Below are positions 8,543-17,622 of a stretch of DNA of 64,000 nt, in pieces. Origin of the DNA: Planctomycetota bacterium (GTDB lineage: Bacteria; Planctomycetota; Planctomycetia; Pirellulales; Lacipirellulaceae); assembly GCA_039190745.1 (NCBI GenBank), contig JBCCXZ010000014.1:186-64185 (forward strand). The letters run 5' to 3'. Within the stretch, counting starts at the first letter, position 1. Each line of letters begins with the position of its first letter. Below the pieces are notes generated by a model. It was given only the letters and a program-made list of their open reading frames with translations, did no database searches and was not told where the DNA came from. A program made the position numbers and the translations under genes.

Positions 8543-10258
8543 GTGAACCTCGAAACCCTCACCAACACGCTCGTCACCGACACCGTCGACGTGAGCCTGC
8601 CGCTCTTCCGGCCGGAGCTCATCCTCTGCGGGACGATCGTGGTGCTCCTGCTGCTCCGCATCCTGCGGATTTCGCCCGCGCTGCCGCCGTTCTGGATGGC
8701 GCTCGCCGGCGCGGTCGCCGCGTTAGCGGCTTCGCTGCCGCTCGACGATGCCAGCGCTTGGAACACGTCCGAGCCGGTCGAGCTGTTCACGGGCATGCTG
8801 ATCTACGACTCGGTGACCGGCTTTATGCGGGTGTTCCTGCTCGCGTTCGCGGTGTTGTTCATCCTGCTGTCCCGGCTGACGGGGCTCGCGGACAACTCCG
8901 ACGGGCAGGACGTGTACACGCTGTTGTTGGGCTCGACGATCGGCATGTGCCTGATGGCTTCTGCGAATCATATGATGACCGTGTTCCTCGCCGTGGAGAT
9001 GGCGAGCGTGCCGTCCTACGTTCTGGCCGGCGTTGTCAAAGGGCGCCGCCGCAGCAGCGAGGCGGCCCTGAAGTACGCCGTCTACGGCGCCGGCGCCGCC
9101 GGGGTGATGCTCTACGGCATCAGCCTCTTGTGCGGCGTGCTGGGCACGGCACACTTGCCGACGATGGCTACGCGGCTCGTTGAGATGAACATCCCACAGG
9201 TCCTCGCCGACGGCGGCGGGGCGATGGTGGGGGCCCTTGCGCTCGGGGGCGTGATGCTCGGCGTCGGGCTCGCCTTCAAGCTCTCGGCGGTGCCGTTCCA
9301 CTTCTGGTGCCCCGACGTGTTCGAGGGCGCCTCGGCCGAGGTGGGCGGGTTCCTCTCGGTCGCGTCGAAGGCCGCCGCGTTGGCGTTGCTGCTGCGGGTT
9401 GGTCTTGGGCTGGGGCACTCGCCCTCGGAGATGGCCGCCGCCCCGGAAGCCGGCGGCGACGCCGTCGCCGTCCAGACGCTCGGCCTCAACGAATCCAACA
9501 CCCCCGCTGCCCGTGCCGTGGCCGATTCGTCAGAAGAATCCGCCGAGGCGCTCGGCACGCCGCTCGACCCGGTCCGCAAGTTCATCGTGATCTTGATCGC
9601 CCTGGTCGCCGCGGTGACCTGCACCTTCGGCAACCTCGCCGCGTACGGGCAGACCAACATCAAGCGGATGCTCGCCTACTCCACGATCGCCCACGCCGGG
9701 TACATGATGATGGCCGCGGCCGCGGCGGTCGCGCTGGTGGGGCAGGACGTGACGCTCGCCCGCACGGCGGTGTCGGGCCTGCTGCTGTACGCCTCGTTCT
9801 ACCTGTTCATGAACCTGGGCGCCTTCTCGATTGTCGCGGTGCTCCGCAACGCGATGCAGAGCGAGGAGATCCAGGACTACGCCGGGCTGATCCGCACCGC
9901 CCCCGCGATCAGCGTCGCGATGGTCGTGATCTTGTTCAGCCTGGTCGGCCTGCCGCCCCTGGCCGGGTTCATCGGCAAGTTCGCGATCTTCCGCTCACTA
10001 GTCCAGGCCGGCGGGCCGCTGATGATCTTTCTGCTGGTCACGGCCGGATTGAATACAGCCGTGTCGCTGGTCTACTACCTCCGTGTTGCGAAGGTGATCT
10101 GCATCGACAGCGAACCGGACACCCGCGGCACCGTCACGGTGGGCTTCCTGCCCGCCGCTTTCGTTCTGTTGGTGGCTTTGCCGGTGTTGGTCTTCGGCGT
10201 CATCCCCGAGTGGATGAGCGACTGGACCGTGCAGGCCGCTTCGCAGCTGTTGGGATAA
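8543..10258 (+). CDS. nuoN: NADH-quinone oxidoreductase subunit N (571 aa, with internal low-complexity insert)
   Basis: KLSAVPFHFWCPDVFEGASAEVGGFLSVASKAAA and MLAYSTIAHAGYMMMA blocks of NuoN/ND2; last gene of the cluster; GTG start. Confidence 0.9.
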   Translation: MNLETLTNTLVTDTVDVSLPLFRPELILCGTIVVLLLLRILRISPALPPFWMALAGAVAALAASLPLDDASAWNTSEPVELFTGMLIYDSVTGFMRVFLLAFAVLFILLSRLTGLADNSDGQDVYTLLLGSTIGMCLMASANHMMTVFLAVEMASVPSYVLAGVVKGRRRSSEAALKYAVYGAGAAGVMLYGISLLCGVLGTAHLPTMATRLVEMNIPQVLADGGGAMVGALALGGVMLGVGLAFKLSAVPFHFWCPDVFEGASAEVGGFLSVASKAAALALLLRVGLGLGHSPSEMAAAPEAGGDAVAVQTLGLNESNTPAARAVADSSEESAEALGTPLDPVRKFIVILIALVAAVTCTFGNLAAYGQTNIKRMLAYSTIAHAGYMMMAAAAAVALVGQDVTLARTAVSGLLLYASFYLFMNLGAFSIVAVLRNAMQSEEIQDYAGLIRTAPAISVAMVVILFSLVGLPPLAGFIGKFAIFRSLVQAGGPLMIFLLVTAGLNTAVSLVYYLRVAKVICIDSEPDTRGTVTVGFLPAAFVLLVALPVLVFGVIPEWMSDWTVQAASQLLG

Positions 10259-10295
10259 GCCACTCGGGACAACGCCCTAGGGACCAAACAACCGT

Positions 10296-10730
10296 ATGGG
10301 ACTCGCTGAGAACATCCAGGCCCTCAACCACCTGCTTGGGCTGCACTGCCGGTCTTTCCCGCAGTACGTCCGCTGGTCGCGGCCGCACATCCCGCCCGGA
10401 CGGGCCGATGTGCTCGAAACGATCGAGGCGATCGTCGACGACCAGGACGGGCTTGCCGAGCGGATCAGCCAAGCGGTGTACGACCTCGGCGCTTTGCCGC
10501 ACACGGGCGAGTTCCCCATGGAGTTCACCGACTCGCACGACCTCGACATTGAGTTCGTGCTGAACCTCGCGGCCCATTACCAGGAACAGGACGTCGAAGC
10601 GATCGCCGGGATCGCCGAGTCGCTCCAAACGCTGCCTTCCGCTCGTGCCCTCACCGAGGAAGCCCTCGGCATGGCTAAGGGGCACCTCGAGTCGCTCCGC
10701 GAGCTGCTCGCATCTCCCACGGCGGGCTAA
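10296..10730 (+). CDS. hypothetical protein (144 aa, predicted helical)
   Basis: ORF with balanced composition and GC-rich third positions; no recognisable motif. Confidence 0.55.
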   Translation: MGLAENIQALNHLLGLHCRSFPQYVRWSRPHIPPGRADVLETIEAIVDDQDGLAERISQAVYDLGALPHTGEFPMEFTDSHDLDIEFVLNLAAHYQEQDVEAIAGIAESLQTLPSARALTEEALGMAKGHLESLRELLASPTAG

Positions 10731-10742
10731 GGCGCCTCAGGC

Positions 10743-11516
10743 ATGCTGTTCGACACGCACGCCCACCTCGATCAGCCGGAGTTCGGCGGCGAGCAGGTGG
10801 CCGTGGTCGAGCGGGCCCGCCAGGCCGGCGTCGCCGAGATGGCGGCCATCGGCATTACGGCCGAAACGAGCGCCGACTGCGTTGCGCTGACCCAAAGGTT
10901 TGAGGGCGTCTACGCCGCGGTCGGCATCCAGCCCAACAGCGTCGCCGAGGCGAAGCCGGACGACTGGGACCGGGTGGTCGCGCTCTCGGCAGAGTCGGGC
11001 GTGGTCGCCCTGGGCGAAACCGGCCTCGACCGCCACTGGGACTTCACCCCGTTCGACCAGCAGGAAGACTACTTCGACCGCCACCTGCGTCACTCGCAGC
11101 AGACGGGCCTGCCGTTCGTGGTGCACATGCGCGAGTGCGAGGCGGACATCCTGCGGATGCTCCGTGAGGCCCGCTCGCGGGGCCCGCTGCACGGTGTGAT
11201 GCACTCGTTCACGGGAGACGCCGCGATGGCAGCCGAGTGCGTCGAGCTGGGCCTCTTCATCAGCTTCGCGGGGATGGTCACTTTCAAAAAGGCCGCCGAC
11301 CTGCGTGCGATCGCCGCGACGGTCCCCGACGACCGCATCGTGCTGGAGACCGACAGCCCGTACCTCTCGCCCGAGCCGCTGCGGGGCAAGAAGCCGAACG
11401 AGCCCGCTAGGCTGGTGCACACGGCTGAGTGCTTGGCGAAGGAGCGGGGTGTTGGTTTGAGAGAGTTTGCCTCACTCACTACAGCGAACGCTAGGCAGCT
11501 ATTCCGGCTCGACTGA
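10743..11516 (+). CDS. tatD: TatD-family metal-dependent hydrolase/DNase
   Basis: MLFDTHAHLD, GETGLDRHWD, VVHMRE, GVMHSFTG, LETDSPYLSP: the canonical TatD/YcfH metal-ligand blocks. Confidence 0.9.
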   Translation: MLFDTHAHLDQPEFGGEQVAVVERARQAGVAEMAAIGITAETSADCVALTQRFEGVYAAVGIQPNSVAEAKPDDWDRVVALSAESGVVALGETGLDRHWDFTPFDQQEDYFDRHLRHSQQTGLPFVVHMRECEADILRMLREARSRGPLHGVMHSFTGDAAMAAECVELGLFISFAGMVTFKKAADLRAIAATVPDDRIVLETDSPYLSPEPLRGKKPNEPARLVHTAECLAKERGVGLREFASLTTANARQLFRLD

Positions 11517-11740
11517 TGCAGCTTGTTTCTGACTGACAATGTGTACCTCCGGCGGGTTTTCACAACTCTGCATTCGTGTATCAGCCGACGCCGCCACGCA
11601 AATATCAGATTCATTGAGGATGAGTTGCGGCGCCGATCTAGACGGGCGACACTTGTTGTGGCGACAGGGCGGGATCACCAGCCGATCTGTTGACCGATGT
11701 CTTTACGGCTCCGTGGCCTTTCTTCTGGGGCATCCGCGTT

Positions 11741-12979
11741 ATGAAGAAACACCTCCTATTGGTTGCTGTGTTGTGTATGGCGATGCACATTGTGGGGTGT
11801 CAGCAGCGGTCCGATACACCTGGCAATGTTCCGTCTGCCTCAACAACCGGGGACGCCAAAACCAGCCAACTTAACTTCGAGACGCTCCTCGAAGCCGTGG
11901 ACAGCTCCATCGGCAAGCGTTACCAGTCTATGCAGATGGAGGGCATGGTTTCGGCGACTTACCAGTACAGCGGGCCGATTGAGAAGGTCGTCGAGATTGT
12001 TGCTCCTCGAGCAGTAGACGCTGGATTTTCGGAGAAGACCGATAGTGAAACCTTCGGTGCGGGTCCGGCAGAGGAAGAAGTCCAGGAGAAGATGGGCTTC
12101 GATATGAAGTCGGTTCAGAAAAGGGTGTTCACGCACCCGAACGGCGACGTCTTGACGGTGATGATGATGAACATCTCAAGCAACGACCTGGAGATGAGTC
12201 TGCTGACCATTCAGTTGATGAACCCCATGTGGATGGCCGCTAATGGCGTTCAGACGAGAGTTCCTCAATCTCAGGCCCCGAGCAGCATCCCGACGGAGTC
12301 TGGCGAGGTTCGGGCGTTGATCGATTCTTGGGGCGGCATGGGGATTTACATGCCTGACAGCGAACAAGTCGAGTTCCTACACGAAAATCTGTCCGATGTT
12401 GGCCAAGAGCTAGAGGCCGCGCTGGAGCATGAGGATTCCGGCGTGAGACAGCGTGCGGCGTATGCGATCGCAAAGATTGGCCCAGATGCTCAAGGCTTTG
12501 GTCCGAGCCTGTTCGAGCAGCTCAAGCAAGAGAAAGAGCAGCTGGTACGGATCTACCTGATCGATGCCTTGGCGGCGGTTCGCTTCAAGGATCGGGAAAC
12601 CCTTGAGTTCCTTCGAGCAGAGTACGACTCCCTAGACGAAGAGAATGTGCCGCCCAGCATGTTCGGGGGCGGCAAGTACTCGGAAGTCGACGAGAAGATC
12701 AATCTGGCTGGCGCACTGTTCGTGCTTGACGACCAAGACTCGAGTCAGCACTACTATGAGTTTGTGACCCGATGGCTCGCCCCGCCGCCTGACGACATGA
12801 ATGCCAGGAACAAAAGCGGTTATTGGGAGCGTCGTTGGATGGCAGTCATTTCACTGGAAGGCATGCGGGGAGCCACGGAAGCAATTCCCTTGTTGGAAGC
12901 AATGCTCAAGGAAGAGAGAGCCAAGAGTTGGGTGCCGATGCACGTGCCGCGTGTGCTTCGTGTGTTGCGAGGCAACTGA
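11741..12979 (+). CDS. lipoprotein with HEAT-like repeats
   Basis: Internal ATG gives MKKHLLLVAVLCMAMHIVGC (lipobox-like signal). C-terminal half has HEAT-like segments (EDSGVRQRAAYAIAKIGPDA..., LVRIYLIDALAAV). The upstream 17 codons of the tracked ORF (11690) are probably not translated. Confidence 0.7.
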   Translation: MKKHLLLVAVLCMAMHIVGCQQRSDTPGNVPSASTTGDAKTSQLNFETLLEAVDSSIGKRYQSMQMEGMVSATYQYSGPIEKVVEIVAPRAVDAGFSEKTDSETFGAGPAEEEVQEKMGFDMKSVQKRVFTHPNGDVLTVMMMNISSNDLEMSLLTIQLMNPMWMAANGVQTRVPQSQAPSSIPTESGEVRALIDSWGGMGIYMPDSEQVEFLHENLSDVGQELEAALEHEDSGVRQRAAYAIAKIGPDAQGFGPSLFEQLKQEKEQLVRIYLIDALAAVRFKDRETLEFLRAEYDSLDEENVPPSMFGGGKYSEVDEKINLAGALFVLDDQDSSQHYYEFVTRWLAPPPDDMNARNKSGYWERRWMAVISLEGMRGATEAIPLLEAMLKEERAKSWVPMHVPRVLRVLRGN

Positions 12980-13096
12980 GCAGTGGCAAAACGCTGAGCA
13001 GTGGCTGCGTGCGTACAGCTCAGCGATTCACCGAGTACAACGCAGCCGCTTCGGGCTTGAAGCCCTCAGTCAGAAGAACGATTCTTGCTCGGGCGT

Positions 13097-13648
13097 CTAC
13101 CGGAACCGAGGCCCGGGTTCGTCGGCCGAACGCAGATCAACTGCGACGTTCCGACGCAGCCTGCTGGGGCGGGTAGCGACCATCGGCTGTTCGTCCAGGT
13201 AGACCTCTCCGCCGGCGTAATGGCCGCCGCCGTAGTTGCCGGCGTAGCCGCCGGTCGAACAGGTATCGCAGCACGTGTCGCAACAACTGTCGCAGCATCC
13301 TCCGCACACGCCGCAGCCGAACATCGTGCCGAGGCAGCGTCCGATGCGGCCGAGGATCGGGCACTCTTGGCCGATCGGGCAGCCGCCCACGCAGCTGCCG
13401 CAGCCGACCGGCATGTAGCAGCCCGGCTCGGGGCAGGCGCAACCCGGTTCAGGGCAAGCACAGCCTGGCTCAGGACAGGCACACCCGGGCTCGGGGCAGG
13501 CGCAGCCCGGCTCGGGGCAGCCGCATTCGGGCACGCCGCACGAGGCGCAGCCGTAGCCGCAGTTCATGCGGTACATGCAGTGGGCGCACCCGACGTGCGA
13601 AAGGCACAGCAGGGACAGGGCCAACAGGCCGGCGCGGTGGCTGTTCAT
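13097..13648 (-). CDS. secreted cysteine-rich repeat protein (CACPEPG heptad repeats, CCDxCC tail)
   Basis: Start at MNSHRAGLLALSLLCLSHVGC (signal peptide); ECGCPEPG then CACPEPG x4; later CGVCGGCCDSCCDTCCDTC and a GGYAGNYGGGHYAGG segment. Repeat units differ mainly at synonymous sites. Confidence 0.75.
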   Translation of the reverse strand: MNSHRAGLLALSLLCLSHVGCAHCMYRMNCGYGCASCGVPECGCPEPGCACPEPGCACPEPGCACPEPGCACPEPGCYMPVGCGSCVGGCPIGQECPILGRIGRCLGTMFGCGVCGGCCDSCCDTCCDTCSTGGYAGNYGGGHYAGGEVYLDEQPMVATRPSRLRRNVAVDLRSADEPGPRFR

Positions 13649-13802
13649 GAGAGTTCCGTTCCTCGGTGAAAAGGCCGTCAAAGAAGAGGGCCCGCGCCCC
13701 GCCGGAGCGCGGGCGCAGTGTGGTCTGTTCCGAGTGGTGTATCGTCACGCCGGGTCGTTCTGATCCAGAAAATCGATAGAATCGTGACAGACGCCGCTGC
13801 CG

Positions 13803-14306
13803 TTGCGGTCGGCGCCAGCACCGACCCGCACGGCACGGCAGAAGCTGATGGAACCCGAGAAAAACCACGCCGCGCCGCCGATGGGGGCGATCAACCACGT
13901 GGCACTCACCACGGCCGACCCCGCCGCCTGCGGCCGGTTCTACTGCGAGGTGCTCGGCTTCCGCGAACTGCCTCGGCCCGGCTTCCCATTCGACGGTCGC
14001 TGGCTCTACCGAGACGGGCTGGGGCTGATGATCCACCTGATTCAGCCCTACGAGCTTATAGGCACACAACCTAGAGAGCTGGGGCCGATCGTCACGCTCC
14101 GCCCGCACCTGGCGATACAGACCGACGACGTCGACCGCTTCGGCGAACACCTCCGCACACACGGTGTCGACTACGTGGAGCGGGTGCTGCCCGACCACGG
14201 CTACCGGCAGCTGTTCTTCCGCGACCCCGACGGCAACCTGATCGAGGTCGGCGAGTGGCCGGAGGTTGTCGAGCAGGCCAGCCAACTCGAAACCGCCGCT
14301 AGCTAA
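13803..14306 (+). CDS. VOC (glyoxalase/bleomycin resistance/dioxygenase) family protein
   Basis: INHVALTTADPAACGRFYCEVLGF ... HLAIQTDDVD ... QLFFRDPDGNLIEV, typical paired beta-alpha-beta-beta-beta VOC modules. True start may be the internal ATG at 13848 (MEPEKNH). Confidence 0.8.
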   Translation: MRSAPAPTRTARQKLMEPEKNHAAPPMGAINHVALTTADPAACGRFYCEVLGFRELPRPGFPFDGRWLYRDGLGLMIHLIQPYELIGTQPRELGPIVTLRPHLAIQTDDVDRFGEHLRTHGVDYVERVLPDHGYRQLFFRDPDGNLIEVGEWPEVVEQASQLETAAS

Positions 14307-14398
14307 CCCCAACGCACGTCTTCCCAAACCGAGTCACCCCAACCCACGTCGCCCCAACCGACCTCGCCCTAACCGACCTCGCCCTAACCCAACGCCCT
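14304..14398. repeat. degenerate 15-18-bp tandem repeats (CCCCAACGCACGTC.. / CCCTAACCGACCTCG x2 / CCCTAACCCAACGCC) starting at the VOC stop codon
   Basis: Read directly; the perfect pair CCCTAACCGACCTCG (14367-14381) is followed by the related unit at 14382-14396, with more diverged units upstream. Confidence 0.6.
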
Positions 14399-14417
14399 TC
14401 AAGGATGGCCCCGCACG

Positions 14418-15479
14418 ATGAACGACAAAGCCAAGCAGTTCTTTCAAGAGATCCTCGAGACGCCGAGCCCCTCAGGGTTCGAGCAGCCCGTGCAGCGGCT
14501 GGTGCGGGAGTACGTGGCCGACTTCGCCGACGAGGTCCGCACCGACCTGCACGGCAATGTCATTGCCTGCTGCAGCCCTGGGTCCGACCTGCGTGTGATG
14601 TTCGCGGGGCACGCCGACCAGATCGGGCTGATCGTCACGCACATCGACGACAACGGGTTCATCTACACCAACACCATCGGCGGCTGGGACCCCCAGCAGC
14701 TGATCGGGCAGCGGATGACGATCCACGCCGCCGAGGGGCCGATCCCCGCGGTCATTGCTCGGAAGGCGATCCACCTGCTCGACCCCGACGAGCGGAAGCA
14801 GGTCGTGAAGCAGAAGGACCTGTGGCTAGACATCGGCGCCAAGAACAAAGAGGAAGCCGCCCAGTCGATCGCGATTGGCGACCCGGTCACGCTGCAGCTC
14901 GGCTACCAAGAGATGCGGAACGGATTGGCGAACTCGCCGGGCATGGACGACAAGACGGGGCTGTGGGTCTGCATCGAGGCGCTCCGCCGGGCGAAGGAGA
15001 AAGGGCTGAACGTCTCGCTCTACGCGGTGGCAACGGTTCAGGAGGAGGTCGGCCTCCGCGGCGCCCACACCAGTTCGTTCGGCGTGGACCCCCACGTGGG
15101 GATCGCCGTCGACGTAACGCACGCGACCGACTGCCCGACGATCGACAAGAACCAAGAGGGCGACGTCAAACTCGGCGGCGGCCCGGTGGTATACCGCGGG
15201 CCGAACTTCAACCCGGTGGTGACGCAGCGGCTCGGCCTGGCTGGGGACGACCTGGACCTGCCCTTGCAGTGGTGCGCGATGGGCCGCCCGGCGGGCACCG
15301 ACGCCAACGCCATGCAGCTTTCCCGCGACGGCGTTGCGACCGGCCTGGTAAGCGTGCCCAACCGCTACATGCACAGTGCGGTGGAGATGATCTCGCTAGA
15401 GGACATCGACCAGTGCGCTGATCTGCTCGCGGGGTTTGCTTCGGCGATTGAGAAGGACGCAGACTTTACGCCGCGTTAG
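14418..15479 (+). CDS. M42 family metallopeptidase (glutamyl aminopeptidase / FrvX-like)
   Basis: ETPSPSGFE, GHADQIGLIV, GMDDKTGL, ATVQEEVGLRGA, DVTHATD, YMHSAVEM blocks of peptidase family M42. Confidence 0.9.
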   Translation: MNDKAKQFFQEILETPSPSGFEQPVQRLVREYVADFADEVRTDLHGNVIACCSPGSDLRVMFAGHADQIGLIVTHIDDNGFIYTNTIGGWDPQQLIGQRMTIHAAEGPIPAVIARKAIHLLDPDERKQVVKQKDLWLDIGAKNKEEAAQSIAIGDPVTLQLGYQEMRNGLANSPGMDDKTGLWVCIEALRRAKEKGLNVSLYAVATVQEEVGLRGAHTSSFGVDPHVGIAVDVTHATDCPTIDKNQEGDVKLGGGPVVYRGPNFNPVVTQRLGLAGDDLDLPLQWCAMGRPAGTDANAMQLSRDGVATGLVSVPNRYMHSAVEMISLEDIDQCADLLAGFASAIEKDADFTPR

Positions 15480-15529
15480 CCCTAGCTCACTTCTGCAGGA
15501 GTTGCTGCCTCCGCGATCGAGCCCTGAGT

Positions 15530-15766
15530 TTAACGCTGCCCAGAAAGCAATCCATGGATGCCCCGGCGGAACCGCCACAGCAGCCACAGGATGGGCGCCG
15601 CGAGCATTAGCCACACGGCCGCGGCCGCCAGGACGGTGTAGCCGCCTGGGACCGCGAAGACGGCGCAGCATACCGTAGTGAGCACCAGAAGGGTGCGGAT
15701 CGAGAACTTGGGGCCGCTTCCGTCTTGGCCCGCTGATCGTTCTTGGCGGTGCTCAACCGGCGCCAT
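15530..15766 (-). CDS. small membrane protein, hypothetical
   Basis: ATG at 15766 preceded by GGAGG; two hydrophobic helices (IRTLLVLTTVCCAVFAV, LAAAAVWLMLAAPILWLLW). Overlaps the upstream gene end by 14 nt. Confidence 0.5.
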   Translation of the reverse strand: MAPVEHRQERSAGQDGSGPKFSIRTLLVLTTVCCAVFAVPGGYTVLAAAAVWLMLAAPILWLLWRFRRGIHGLLSGQR

Positions 15767-16364
15767 CTTCTTGCTCCTCCAAGGCAGGCGGCACATAGGC
15801 GTCCCGCTCGGGGACGTAGCGGAACCGCTCGATGAGGCTGACTACACCTTCGTTCCAAATAAGCAGGACTGTAGCGATTCCCAAGCTCAGACCAAGGTTA
15901 ATCAGGCTATTCAGGTAGGTTGCCCCTCCGGAGATCGTGCCTGTTTTTGCATCCCATGTGATTGGCACTCCCGACCAAACACCTTCGATGACTTTTCCGC
16001 CGGACTGCGCCGCCAGTAGCAACGCATAGACGCCGAGCAACTGCAACCCGATCCTGAGCGGCTTGGTCTCTGTTCCTGAAGCAGAGCCGACTTGAGGCGA
16101 GTCAGCGCCTTTTGGATAGAACCGCAAGGCAATGGACGACGCGAAGAAAAGCAGGAACAGGCCCAAGGCGGTCCGCACCGCGAGCCAGCATAGAGTGATC
16201 AAGGTGTAAGTAGTAGCCTGGCCCATCGAGTTTACCAATGAGAAGAAGAACACCTGGGGAATGATCTCTAGGCACTGGACCAAGAGCCAAACGCCTAGGA
16301 TGCGCAGCGCGAGCGTAAACCAGTCTCTGTTAGTCATGCCGCTCGCTGCTAGTTCATCGCTCAT
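15753..16364 (-). CDS. integral membrane protein, hypothetical (203 aa)
   Basis: Several clear TM segments; no recognised family. Confidence 0.6.
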   Translation of the reverse strand: MSDELAASGMTNRDWFTLALRILGVWLLVQCLEIIPQVFFFSLVNSMGQATTYTLITLCWLAVRTALGLFLLFFASSIALRFYPKGADSPQVGSASGTETKPLRIGLQLLGVYALLLAAQSGGKVIEGVWSGVPITWDAKTGTISGGATYLNSLINLGLSLGIATVLLIWNEGVVSLIERFRYVPERDAYVPPALEEQEDGAG

Positions 16365-16385
16365 CGTTCCTCCTTCATCGCTCCG

Positions 16386-17525
16386 CTAGGCCTCATCCCC
16401 GCGGTGGATCTGCAAGTAGCTCTCGTACCGCCGGGCGTCGATAAACCCGTCGGCCACCGCGTCTTTCACCATGCAATGGTCCTCGTGCGTGTGCGTGCAA
16501 TCGGGGTAGCGGCACTGGCTGACGAACGGGCGGATGTCGCGGAAGTAGCCTGCCACCTCTTCGGGGATCACGTCCCAGATCTGGAACTGCCGGATGCCGG
16601 GAGTGTCGACGATGAACCCGCCGGAAGTGAGCGGAATCAGCTCAGCGCTGGTCGTGGTGTGCCGGCCCTTGTTGGTGTCGCCGCTCACGGTCTGCACGCG
16701 GAGGGCGAGCCCGGGCTCGATGGAGTTCAGCAGGCTCGACTTGCCGACGCCGCTCTGGCCGGTGATCGCGGTCGATCGGCCGGCCGTCAGCTCCCGCAGC
16801 TCGTCGATCCCCCAGCCCTCGGTCGCCGAGAGCATCAGCACCCGGTAGCCCATCTGGGCGTAGACGCCGATGAGCGGCTGCAGCGGCCCGAGTTCGACGA
16901 GGTCGACCTTGTTGATGCAGACGACTGGCTCGATCTCCGCCCGCTCGGCGGTCACGAGGTAGCGGTCGATCAGGTTCGGCTTGATGCGGGGTTCGGCGGC
17001 GCTGGCGACGATGAGCACCGTGTCGATGTTCGTGGCGAGCACCTGCTGCTTGCCCCGGCTGGTGCGGCAGAGCACGCCGCGGCGGGGCTCGACCCGCTCG
17101 ATGATGCCCTCGGTCTCGCCGGAGGGCCGCACCCAGGCCCAATCGCCGACGGCTACGACGTGCCGCTGGTCGGTGCTGAGTGTTTTCAAGAGCCGCCTGG
17201 TCGCGCACTCGCGGAGTGTGCCGTCTGGCGTCTGCACCGTGCTGGCGAGGCCGTGGACGCGGAGCACCCGGCCGAGCACGCACTCCGACTCGTCGATGGC
17301 CGGCAGGAGCACTTCGCCCGAGGCGTCTTCGACAATCTCGGCGCCGGCGACGGTCCGCTTGCGGGTAAGGTCGCCCTTGCCGGAGACGCTCTGCGACTGG
17401 CGCAGATCGTGAATGCGGTCGTCGTCGCCGGCCGCTTCGTACGAGCGGGTGAGGTCTTTCTGCCGCGCGCGGGGGGTGCGGTTCTTCTTAAACTCGGCGC
17501 GGACCTTGTGCTTCTTGCGGGCCAT
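16386..17525 (-). CDS. rsgA: ribosome small-subunit-dependent GTPase A, with basic N-terminal extension
   Basis: NKVDL, GQSGVGKSSLLN, SGDTNKGRHTTT, C-terminal zinc knuckle CRYPDCTHTHEDHC: circularly permuted GTPase order typical of RsgA/YjeQ. Confidence 0.92.
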   Translation of the reverse strand: MARKKHKVRAEFKKNRTPRARQKDLTRSYEAAGDDDRIHDLRQSQSVSGKGDLTRKRTVAGAEIVEDASGEVLLPAIDESECVLGRVLRVHGLASTVQTPDGTLRECATRRLLKTLSTDQRHVVAVGDWAWVRPSGETEGIIERVEPRRGVLCRTSRGKQQVLATNIDTVLIVASAAEPRIKPNLIDRYLVTAERAEIEPVVCINKVDLVELGPLQPLIGVYAQMGYRVLMLSATEGWGIDELRELTAGRSTAITGQSGVGKSSLLNSIEPGLALRVQTVSGDTNKGRHTTTSAELIPLTSGGFIVDTPGIRQFQIWDVIPEEVAGYFRDIRPFVSQCRYPDCTHTHEDHCMVKDAVADGFIDARRYESYLQIHRGDEA

Positions 17526-17622
17526 CAGCAGCGCCCGCCGGCCGAGTCCAGGCCGCGACGACGCCCTGGTTGGACTTGCTGCACGCTGGGGTCGGTCCGT
17601 CCACTGAGCGTCATGCGTCGGT

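Noticed and set aside
13085-13669. 194-aa Ala-rich plus-strand ORF and other frames (13137..13442, 13066..13482) over the Cys-rich gene.
   Set aside because: These are mirror or alternative readings of the GC-rich 21-bp repeats. Only the minus-strand frame has a signal peptide, a sensible start and synonymous-site variation between repeat units.
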